Program-made: the position numbers and the translations under genes
In this document: positions 9,522 through 16,721 of the stretch, piece by piece
Layout of the letters: each line of letters starts with the position of its first letter
Position numbering within the stretch: the first letter of the stretch is position 1
Notes under the pieces: model-generated
Database searches by the model: none
Seen by the model: only the letters and a program-made list of their open reading frames with translations
Told to the model about the DNA's origin: nothing
DNA from: Rhodoluna sp.
Lineage (GTDB): Bacteria; Actinomycetota; Actinomycetes; Actinomycetales; Microbacteriaceae
Reading direction: 5' to 3'
Assembly: GCA_044372795.1 (NCBI GenBank)
Contig: JBILRF010000001.1
Location: 20,359 to 84,358, forward strand
DNA length: 64,000 bases

Positions 9522-11360
9522 TTATCTGGAACGAATAGTTACGCTCTGTCCAACTCTTAGAGTTGTTCCTGCGTTTTCGCTTGCGCCAGTAACTTTCTTG
9601 ATCCCATAATCTTTGCTTAGCCACTTGGTATCGATAACAACTTTTAGCCCTAGTGATTCCAATAAACCTTTGGCAGCCAGGATTGTTTCACCTCTGACCT
9701 GAGGCATAGTCACAGTTTCTGGCCCGAGGCTAGCAACCAGTTTGATTGAAGAACCTTTGCCTACCTCAACCTCATCCGGCACAACTGAAATAACCTGACC
9801 TTTGGGCACAGTGTTCGAGTATTGGTTCTCAACAACCCGAACATCAAGCCCTGCAGCTTCAAGAGCTGCCTTAGCGATGTCAACTTGAAGTCCAGCAACC
9901 ACAGGAATCGCACCAAGAGAAACCTTGAGATCTATTTCTGAGGCAACAGGAAGCTTTGTGCCATCACTTGCTGAGTTGGCATAAACAAAACCGATTGGGT
10001 ATTCAGAATTGAACCACTGGCTAACTTTGCCAACAGCTAATCTTGCACCGACAATCTTTGCTGTTGCAGTAACAAGATCAACTCCAATAACCTCTGGCAC
10101 TTGAACAAGTTCTTTACCTTTAGAAACCAAAAGAACTATCTCTGTTCCTCTTGGAACAAGAACACCTGCAACCGGTTCAGTTCCAATAACTTGACCCTTA
10201 GCAAAATCAGAACTGAACTCTTCTCTAACCACAACGCTCTTAGTTATTGAGTCGATTTCAGTTGTTGCTAAAGCAACAGTTTTATCGCTGAGATTAGGGA
10301 TTGCTACTAATGCTCCTGGTCCAACACCGTAATACCAACCACCAAATGAGCCGACTCCCAGAGCAATAACGCTTGCGATTATCCACCTAAGCACTTGATG
10401 TCTCGGAGTGTGTTTAGCAAATGGAAGTTCTTCTTCCTCGAGATCGAGATTTCCTAGAACTTCAGTGAAGTTAGCGTCCTTTGGGATCACCATGGTTTCA
10501 GAAAGGTTCTGAGATCGAACTGGAGGAGTGCTTATTGGATTGTTCTTCAGTATTTGCTCTATTTGAGCAAGGGCAACCACAGCATTCTCAGGGCGTTGAG
10601 CAGGATTTGGTTCAGTGCACCAAAGCATCAACTTATCCAAAGACGCATTTGCATTTGGGTTTAGAGCGGTTGCTGATTGAACTCTTTCTGAAGTGTGCAT
10701 GAAAGCAATTTGAATTGCATCATCACCTCTAAATGGCTGAACGCCTGTGAGCATCTCGTAGAGCATGATGCCAAAACTGTAGATATCGCTTTGAGTTTCA
10801 GCTTTGCCTCTTCTAATAACTTCAGGGGCTAGGTAGGCAACAGTTCCAACAAGAGAACCGGTATCGGTGTTGGCAGATATCTCTCTTGCCAAACCAAAAT
10901 CCGTTACTTTGATTCGACCATCGTCAGAAAGTAAAACATTCTCTGGTTTCAAATCTCGATGAACCACTCCACTTGAATGGGCTTGAGCTAAAGCTGAAAG
11001 CATAGCTTTGCTAACTTGAAGTACTTGTTCGCTATCTAAAGCACCCAGGTCTTTGATTGCATCTCTAAGAGTTATTCCCTGGACCAGCTCAAGAACTATG
11101 AAGGCATTGCCCTGATCATCGCCTTGATCAAAGATGTTGACCAAGTTAGCGTGATTGACTTTGGCAAGCATTCTTGCTTCTCTGAAGAACTTGTCTCTAA
11201 ACACAGGGTCTTCGGATAAGTGAGGATGGATAACTTTGACAGCAACTTCTCTTGCTAAACGCAAATCCTTAGCCAAATAAACAGTTGCCATGCCTCCACG
11301 GGCAATTACTTCTTTAATCTCATAACGTGAGGAGAGGGTGCTGCCAGCTAGATTACTCAT
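9522..11360 (-). CDS. Transmembrane Ser/Thr protein kinase with four C-terminal PASTA repeats (PknB/PknL-like)
   Basis: Hanks motifs GGMATVY, VAVK, HRDLKPEN, DFGLAR and APE. TM helix IIASVIALGVGSFGGWYYGV. Four ~65-aa PASTA-like repeats follow. Confidence 0.92.
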   Translation of the reverse strand: MSNLAGSTLSSRYEIKEVIARGGMATVYLAKDLRLAREVAVKVIHPHLSEDPVFRDKFFREARMLAKVNHANLVNIFDQGDDQGNAFIVLELVQGITLRDAIKDLGALDSEQVLQVSKAMLSALAQAHSSGVVHRDLKPENVLLSDDGRIKVTDFGLAREISANTDTGSLVGTVAYLAPEVIRRGKAETQSDIYSFGIMLYEMLTGVQPFRGDDAIQIAFMHTSERVQSATALNPNANASLDKLMLWCTEPNPAQRPENAVVALAQIEQILKNNPISTPPVRSQNLSETMVIPKDANFTEVLGNLDLEEEELPFAKHTPRHQVLRWIIASVIALGVGSFGGWYYGVGPGALVAIPNLSDKTVALATTEIDSITKSVVVREEFSSDFAKGQVIGTEPVAGVLVPRGTEIVLLVSKGKELVQVPEVIGVDLVTATAKIVGARLAVGKVSQWFNSEYPIGFVYANSASDGTKLPVASEIDLKVSLGAIPVVAGLQVDIAKAALEAAGLDVRVVENQYSNTVPKGQVISVVPDEVEVGKGSSIKLVASLGPETVTMPQVRGETILAAKGLLESLGLKVVIDTKWLSKDYGIKKVTGASENAGTTLRVGQSVTIRSR

Positions 11361-11367
11361 GCTTTGA

Positions 11368-12351
11368 TCACCTAACCTCTTCTATCCATGCCCAAGCTGA
11401 TGGTTCCCAAAGAGCAGATCCATCGGCAAGATTCTCAAAACCAATAATTGAAATAATTTGTTTTATGTTTAGCGTTTCTATTCCTTCAACCTTCACCAAG
11501 TCTAAAAGAAGATCATTTCCAGCAGAAAGTGCTCCAAAGTCAGGAGTCAATCCTGAACGTTGCATTTCTAAACACAAAGCAATCACTACCGTGTAATCGG
11601 ATAAGCGCCTTTCTTTAGCCAAATCAAAGTATGTTCTAGCGGTATGTAAAGCAGCGGGTTCTAATCGAACAAGGTTTGGGCAGTCGTAGGTGTTATGTGA
11701 GATTGGTACTAAAAGTTTTTGCCCTTCATGAATCAGAGCATTCCAGCCAAGATTGTTTGCACTAAGTAGAGACTGAGTGCTCACTCCATGTAGTGAAGCA
11801 ATTCGGCTTAGCTGGTCACCGAATTTAACTCTGTGATATCCGTGAACTAAACAAGTTGTTGGAGCAGAGCGAAGAAGTTTGAGGGGTGCTTCTATCTCGG
11901 TTTCAACTTCTCTCTCAACAAGATTCAATGTGGTACCAGGAAATAGGACAGCATTATCGGCAAGAGAGTTGAACTGCTGAAGTTTTGAAACGGTTAGGCC
12001 ATATTTTTGACCAATTGAGAAAAGAGATTCACCAGGCAAAACCACATGGGCTTCTAATTGTTCTTGAACTGTGCTGCTGGGTTGGTCATCCCTTGGAATT
12101 AGGAGTCGAAGGCCTGGATAAATCACACTCTGACCTGTGAGTTTATTGGCGGCAGTGAGTTTCTCTAGCTCAACCCCGTGCATCAGGGCTATTTGGGCTA
12201 AAGTCTCTGAAACTCGAACAGTATGGGAGAGAGTTTCAGGGTTGACTTCAACCAAGCCTTCGCCTGAATCCCCGTTTTCGGGTAGGTTCGGCACCCCTTG
12301 AAGATTTGGCTGGTCTGGACCTGTTGTCATTTTTCCTGAATTGTTCGGCAT
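11368..12351 (-). CDS. Three-LysM-domain protein with an uncharacterised ~110-aa C-terminal domain and no evident signal peptide
   Basis: LysM-like units at aa 43-86, 102-145 and 172-216 (for example HTVRVSETLAQIALMHGVELEKLTAANKL..PGLRLLIP). The stop is 7 nt upstream of the kinase start. Confidence 0.8.
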   Translation of the reverse strand: MPNNSGKMTTGPDQPNLQGVPNLPENGDSGEGLVEVNPETLSHTVRVSETLAQIALMHGVELEKLTAANKLTGQSVIYPGLRLLIPRDDQPSSTVQEQLEAHVVLPGESLFSIGQKYGLTVSKLQQFNSLADNAVLFPGTTLNLVEREVETEIEAPLKLLRSAPTTCLVHGYHRVKFGDQLSRIASLHGVSTQSLLSANNLGWNALIHEGQKLLVPISHNTYDCPNLVRLEPAALHTARTYFDLAKERRLSDYTVVIALCLEMQRSGLTPDFGALSAGNDLLLDLVKVEGIETLNIKQIISIIGFENLADGSALWEPSAWAWIEEVR

Positions 12352-12414
12352 AAATATCGTGCCACGAGTCCAGTTGAGATGGCGTCAAGGGCGCTGGTGT
12401 GGCAATCTTAAGCA

Positions 12415-12762
12415 GTGACCGAACCTTTAGATCAAATAACCAACTGGCTGACCATTCCAGAGGCGGGTGAACTTCTTGGCATTGTGCCGGGCAAGGTCAG
12501 ACGCCTCATCGAAGAACATCATCTAATTGCCATCAAGGCTGAGGGTGTTCAGCGTATTCCTGCAGAGATCATCATCAACGGTGAACCATTGCCTTCACTC
12601 AGAGGCACCATAGTTTTGCTTTTGGATTCAGGCTTTACTCTGGGTGGAGCAATCAAATGGCTATACACCGTTGAAGATTCTTTAACCGTTACACCTATGT
12701 CTGCACTTATTGCAGGAAGAAAAACCGAAGTTAGAAGAATCGCTCAATCACTTGCGTTCTAA
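12415..12762 (+). CDS. Rv2175c-like winged-HTH DNA-binding protein
   Basis: N-terminal HTH WLTIPEAGELLGIVPGKVRRLIEE. 115 aa. Divergent from the LysM-kinase pair, as Rv2175c is from pknL in M. tuberculosis. GTG start. Confidence 0.72.
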   Translation: MTEPLDQITNWLTIPEAGELLGIVPGKVRRLIEEHHLIAIKAEGVQRIPAEIIINGEPLPSLRGTIVLLLDSGFTLGGAIKWLYTVEDSLTVTPMSALIAGRKTEVRRIAQSLAF

Positions 12763-13883
12763 GCGTCGCGGTTAATCACTTTCAAAGCCAAAGACTTTAG
12801 TTCAGCTTTAGCTGTTGGTTCCAAACTAGATGCGTCTAATGAATCAAGGCTTCTGTCTGCTAACTCAACAATCATTCGTTCAGTTTTCTCTAAAGCACCA
12901 GAGTCTTGAATTAGTTTTTGCATGAATGCTATTTGCTGAGCATCTAATTCTCTGCTGGTGAGTAATTCTTCAAAACTTTCTGCCATCGAAGGAGATTTTT
13001 CAGTTAGTGCTTCCAAAGTGAGAGCAACTAAAACAGTTCTCTTTCCTTCGCGAAGATCATCTCCAGCAGGCTTACCTGTGATGCTAGGGTCACCGAAAAC
13101 TCCGAGGATGTCATCTCTAAGTTGGAATGCAATACCTAGAGGAATACCGAATTGAGTAAACGCTCCAAGTGTTGCCTGATCGGCACCGGCAAAAGCAGCA
13201 CCAATGCGAAGTGGAGCTTCAATGCTGTACTTTGCAGTCTTGTAGAGAATTACTTTCTCTGCTCTACCAACACCTTCACTAACAGGCCTGGTTGTGGCTG
13301 CATTCTCTTCCAAAACATCAAGGTATTGTCCAGCCATTACTTCAACTCTCATCAAGCTGAATTCATCTCGACAGGCACTTTCAATCTCACGATTAGGGGA
13401 GTGCAGCAGGGCATTACCAAAAATCTCGCTTGACCAACCAAGCATTAGATCGCCAACTAGAACAGACCCGGCAACCCCAAAGCGCTCAGGAGCACCAGCC
13501 CACTGTTTTTCTTTATGCAAGGTTTCAAAACGTTTGTGAATTGCAGGAGCACCTCGACGGGTGTCTGATTGATCAAGTAAATCATCGTGAACAAGAGCTG
13601 CAGCGTGGAACATTTCAAGAGATGCTGCAATGCCTGCAATAGCTTGCTCGGATTCGTTTATCTCTTGTTCGCTCTGGTGGTAGGTCGATTCGCTTAGCGA
13701 AGCCTTCCAAGCCCAATAACAGAACAGGGCCCTGAAACGCTTGCCCCCTTGGAGCAAGCTGTGGGTGTAATCCACCACTGGAATCAGATCTTCTGAAATG
13801 GCCTCAAAATCAGTCCGCTGCTTCTGGCAAAAGCTATCCAAATTAGCCTGAACTTGGCCTAAAAGATTCTTTGAATAATTCAC
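12759..13883 (-). CDS. Polyprenyl (geranylgeranyl) diphosphate synthase
   Basis: First and second Asp-rich motifs LVHDDLLD and LRDDILG. Confidence 0.9.
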   Translation of the reverse strand: MNYSKNLLGQVQANLDSFCQKQRTDFEAISEDLIPVVDYTHSLLQGGKRFRALFCYWAWKASLSESTYHQSEQEINESEQAIAGIAASLEMFHAAALVHDDLLDQSDTRRGAPAIHKRFETLHKEKQWAGAPERFGVAGSVLVGDLMLGWSSEIFGNALLHSPNREIESACRDEFSLMRVEVMAGQYLDVLEENAATTRPVSEGVGRAEKVILYKTAKYSIEAPLRIGAAFAGADQATLGAFTQFGIPLGIAFQLRDDILGVFGDPSITGKPAGDDLREGKRTVLVALTLEALTEKSPSMAESFEELLTSRELDAQQIAFMQKLIQDSGALEKTERMIVELADRSLDSLDASSLEPTAKAELKSLALKVINRDA

Positions 13884-13942
13884 TGGAATAGCCTAACTGG
13901 CACAATAGGTTTAGCATTAAAGGCAAGGCTAAGGAGATAACC

Positions 13943-14314
13943 GTGGGATTGAGCGAGAACGAACAGAAAGTTCTTGAAGAACTTGAGCGCCAGCTAACTG
14001 GTGGTAAGCCTGCGCCTAAGGAAAAGAAGGTTGCTCAGGTAGACGGCAAGGTCAAGTACGGTCGTTTGCTTGTGCTTGGGTCAGTTCTTGTGGTGCTCGG
14101 GCTTGGCCTGATGCTATTTGCAATCACTATCCAGCAGACAATTCTTGGGGTACTTGCATTCGTAACGATGCTTGGCGGCCTTTACCTAGTTAGCCAGAAC
14201 TGGACAAGCAAGGCATTTAGAGAATCAATGCCTAAGCCAGCCCCAAAAACTGGTCCAAAGCCAGGAACAACCGGATATTTTCAAAATCGTTGGGATCAGC
14301 GAAACGGCGACTAA
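13943..14314 (+). CDS. DUF3040-family small membrane protein (Rv2169c-like)
   Basis: N-terminus LSENEQKVLEELERQL followed by two hydrophobic helices. Conserved position upstream of mraZ. AAGGAG RBS and GTG start. Confidence 0.8.
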   Translation: MGLSENEQKVLEELERQLTGGKPAPKEKKVAQVDGKVKYGRLLVLGSVLVVLGLGLMLFAITIQQTILGVLAFVTMLGGLYLVSQNWTSKAFRESMPKPAPKTGPKPGTTGYFQNRWDQRNGD

Positions 14315-14346
14315 ACATGGTTTTTAGCTGCTAAAAGCAGCAAAAC

Positions 14347-14385
14347 AAGGGCTTTAGGTGAAAATCTGAGGCCCTTTCGCCATTT
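14347..14385 (+). terminator. Possible intrinsic terminator after the DUF3040 gene
   Basis: 11-bp stem AAGGGCTTTAG / CTGAGGCCCTT (two G.U pairs) with an 8-nt loop. The T-tract is weak (TCGCCATTT). Confidence 0.35.
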
Positions 14386-14484
14386 AAGGCCTTAATTTGC
14401 TTTATTTCTGGAATTTTGCTCCACCTACTAACCCCTTGCGTTAATTGGTCTAAACACGCCAGAATAGTAATTTCTTGCAGTAAT

Positions 14485-14514
14485 TTGCTATTTTGTGGAT
14501 GAAAGTGGTGTAAT
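14485..14514 (+). promoter_or_regulatory. Candidate dcw (Pmra-like) promoter
   Basis: TTGCTA (14485-14490), an 18-nt spacer, then TGTAAT (14509-14514). Lies about 45 nt upstream of the mraZ GTG and overlaps the GTGG repeats. Confidence 0.35.
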
Positions 14515-14518
14515 GTGG
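14495..14518 (+). promoter_or_regulatory. MraZ operator: three GTGG direct repeats with exact 10-bp phasing
   Basis: tttGTGGatg / aaaGTGGtgt / aatGTGGagt, with GTGG at 14495, 14505 and 14515. A fourth GTGG is at 14531. Confidence 0.6.
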
Positions 14519-14557
14519 AGTACAACTTCAGTGGCGAACTAAAGAAAGGGCGAGCAA

Positions 14558-14989
14558 GTGTTCATTGGTACTAGTTATCCAAAGCTCGACGAGAAGTATC
14601 GCCTTATCCTTCCTGCCAAATTCAGAGATCGTCTTGCCGGGGGAGTTGTCCTAACAAAGGGACAGGAGAACTGTTTAGTTCTTCTTACACGTTCAGAATT
14701 TGAAGCTAGAGCTGCATCCGTAACAGGGACTTCACCAATAGGTTCCCTCGGCCGCAGAGGACTGAATCGCCATTTCTTCAACCTGGCCGACGAACAAACA
14801 CCTGATGGCCAAGGACGAATCCTAGTGAACCTAGGTTTGCGCGAATGGGCTGAACTTAATCGCGATCTTGTTGTGGTCGGTGTTGGTAAGCACATTGAAA
14901 TTTGGAACCCAGAGAAGTACACAGCCTTCATGGAAGCTACTGCAGAAGATTTTGCAAACTTTAGCGATGGGGAGGTGGGGCTCAACTAA
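14558..14989 (+). CDS. mraZ: Transcriptional regulator MraZ
   Basis: Duplicated SpoVT/AbrB-like halves with KLDEKYRLILP and DGQGRILV (DXXXR) motifs. 143 aa, GTG start. Confidence 0.95.
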   Translation: MFIGTSYPKLDEKYRLILPAKFRDRLAGGVVLTKGQENCLVLLTRSEFEARAASVTGTSPIGSLGRRGLNRHFFNLADEQTPDGQGRILVNLGLREWAELNRDLVVVGVGKHIEIWNPEKYTAFMEATAEDFANFSDGEVGLN

Positions 14990-15091
14990 TTCCTAGATTC
15001 TGATCTCCAGCTATTTGGCTTGTGGCTTTCTTCCCCGATGCCAGAAGCAGTAACCAAAAGGTGCAAATGGATGGGGTTCAGATTCTAGGAA
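14990..15091 (+). promoter_or_regulatory. Structured RNA leader in the mraZ-rsmH spacer (mraW-motif-like candidate)
   Basis: TTCCTAGATTCTGA (14990-15003) pairs with TCAGATTCTAGGAA (15078-15091) at 13 of 14 positions. An inner hairpin pairs 15018-15026 with 15040-15048. Confidence 0.5.
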
Positions 15092-15105
15092 CCAACAGCA
15101 AAAAG

Positions 15106-16065
15106 ATGACTGAAATCTCTTCACTTCACGAACCAGTTCTACTTGAGCGTTGCATTGAAATTCTTGGCGAAGCTCTTCAAGGTGAAACTGCAATTTTGGT
15201 GGATGGAACACTTGGCCTCGGTGGACACAGCGAGGCTTTTCTTCTGCGTTTTCCAAAACTAGTTCTAGTTGGTATTGATCGTGATGAGAATGCGCTTCGT
15301 CTAGCAGGGGAGCGATTAGCACCATTTGCTGACCGAATTCACTTAGTGCAAGCGGTCTATAGCGAGATTCCGGAAGTTCTAGAAGAACTTGGTTTGAACC
15401 TGGCTGATGCAGTTCTTTTGGATCTAGGTGTTTCATCTATGCAACTGGATGAGAAAGATCGTGGCTTTGCTTATTCTTTCGACGCTCCACTTGATATGCG
15501 TATGGACTCAACTGAAGAACTAACAGCAGCGAAGATTCTGAACGAATACAAAGAAGAAGAACTAGTCAGCATTTTCAAGACTTACGGCGAAGAAAGATAT
15601 GCCAAAGGCATAGCCCGTCAAATCGTAAAGATCAGAAGCAAGTCACCTTTCACAACTAGCAAGCAACTAACCGACATCATTGCCAAAGTTGTGCCGTTCA
15701 TTCCAGGTAAGAGTTCCGGGCACCCAGCCAAGCGAGTGTTCCAAGCTCTACGAATTGAAGTGAACCGTGAGCTAGAGATTCTTGAAGAAACCATCCCTCA
15801 GGTTATTGAAGCTCTCAAGGTTGGTGGACGCGTTCTAGTGCTTTCCTACCAATCACTTGAAGACCGCATCGTGAAGCAGGCTCTGGCTGCTGCATCAACA
15901 TCATCAGCACCACTGGATCTGCCAATTGAACTTGAACAGCACGCCCCGATCATTCGCCTCCTAGTTAGAGGAGCTGAAAAGGCATCGGAGCAAGAAATTA
16001 GTCAAAACCCTAGATCGGCTTCAGTACGTTTACGTGCCGCTCAAAAGATAAGGAACGCAGCATGA
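15106..16065 (+). CDS. rsmH: 16S rRNA (cytosine1402-N4)-methyltransferase
   Basis: HEPVLL, DGTLGLGGHS and DLGVSSMQLD. Start re-called to ATG 15106 so that HEPVLL is near the N-terminus. Alternatives are ATG 15067 (AAAGGTG upstream) and the ORF-track start 15022. Confidence 0.9.
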   Translation: MTEISSLHEPVLLERCIEILGEALQGETAILVDGTLGLGGHSEAFLLRFPKLVLVGIDRDENALRLAGERLAPFADRIHLVQAVYSEIPEVLEELGLNLADAVLLDLGVSSMQLDEKDRGFAYSFDAPLDMRMDSTEELTAAKILNEYKEEELVSIFKTYGEERYAKGIARQIVKIRSKSPFTTSKQLTDIIAKVVPFIPGKSSGHPAKRVFQALRIEVNRELEILEETIPQVIEALKVGGRVLVLSYQSLEDRIVKQALAAASTSSAPLDLPIELEQHAPIIRLLVRGAEKASEQEISQNPRSASVRLRAAQKIRNAA

Positions 16066-16703
16066 GCGTATTAAGACAAGCTCAACCAATTCGCCCGATA
16101 GCACCTAGGCGACACCTAAGACCTGTAACAAGTGTTGTTCAGCCGGTTAGACGCTCTGTAGCGAAGGCACCTGCTAAGGCAAGTGCAACTAGTTTCAAGT
16201 TATCTAAGGGAATTATTGGCAGAGCTCTTGTTGGTTTGACATTGATTTCAATTGCAGGTCTCTTCGTTAACACTTATTGCGACTCAGCTGTTTACACAAT
16301 TTCAAAGTTGAAGAAAGAAACTGAGGCATTAGCAACTCAGACCCAGATCGTCAGCCAGCAGGTTGACTCTCTTCGTTCACCGCAGAATCTTGCTAACAGC
16401 GCTAAATCACTCGGCATGATTGTTAACTCAAACCCAGTATTCCTAAATGTGAAGGAAGCAAAAGTTCTAGGGTCGGCAGTTCCAGCATCTGTGGAGAGTT
16501 CAAGGGCGGTTTCTGAAAACCTAATCCCTAATGCAGCGCTTACAGCCAGAAGCAATGTTTCAAAACTTGCTGACACAAAAACTACAACGATTGACGCCCC
16601 CAAGCTGAAAAGTGCATCAAGTCAGAGTGTCAGTAACCCTAACTCTGCGGGTGCACAAGTAGCGTTAAACACATCTGGTATTCCAGCTACGCCTACAAAC
16701 TAG
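16062..16703 (+). CDS. ftsL: Cell division protein FtsL-like (single TM segment, extended S/A/N-rich C-terminus)
   Basis: Position between rsmH and ftsI. One TM helix ALVGLTLISIAGLFV followed by a coiled-coil-like segment. ATGA overlap with the rsmH stop. Confidence 0.75.
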   Translation: MSVLRQAQPIRPIAPRRHLRPVTSVVQPVRRSVAKAPAKASATSFKLSKGIIGRALVGLTLISIAGLFVNTYCDSAVYTISKLKKETEALATQTQIVSQQVDSLRSPQNLANSAKSLGMIVNSNPVFLNVKEAKVLGSAVPASVESSRAVSENLIPNAALTARSNVSKLADTKTTTIDAPKLKSASSQSVSNPNSAGAQVALNTSGIPATPTN

Positions 16704-16721
16704 CTCAATTAGGGGCACATC

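Noticed and set aside
14327-14341. Hairpin GCTGCT-aaa-AGCAGC right after the DUF3040 stop, considered as a possible terminator.
   Set aside because: The loop is only 3 nt, and the stem is followed by an A-run rather than a T-run on the plus strand. The adjacent 11-bp stem at 14347-14376 is a better candidate.
14331-14525. 64-aa minus-strand ORF in the 243-bp region upstream of mraZ.
   Set aside because: It spans the terminator hairpin, the promoter and the MraZ repeats. It has no SD sequence, and its composition looks non-coding.
14575-14985. 136-aa ORF on the minus strand covering almost all of mraZ.
   Set aside because: It is fully antisense to a strongly supported gene. Its composition is R/S/P-rich, typical of a shadow frame. 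It has no RBS and no recognisable domain.
15022-15105. The long N-terminal extensions offered by the ORF track for rsmH (15022). The same question applies to murD (22520), ftsZ (28741), sepF (30707), glk (6423) and the decarboxylase (46501).
   Set aside because: The extensions are non-conserved or overlap upstream genes. Internal starts have better SD spacing or classic ATGA/TAATG coupling. For rsmH and hisD some ambiguity remains.
15011-15436. 141-aa minus-strand ORF across the mraZ-rsmH spacer and the rsmH 5' end.
   Set aside because: It is antisense to rsmH, with no homology signal or RBS. The region is better explained by the RNA helix and the rsmH coding sequence.
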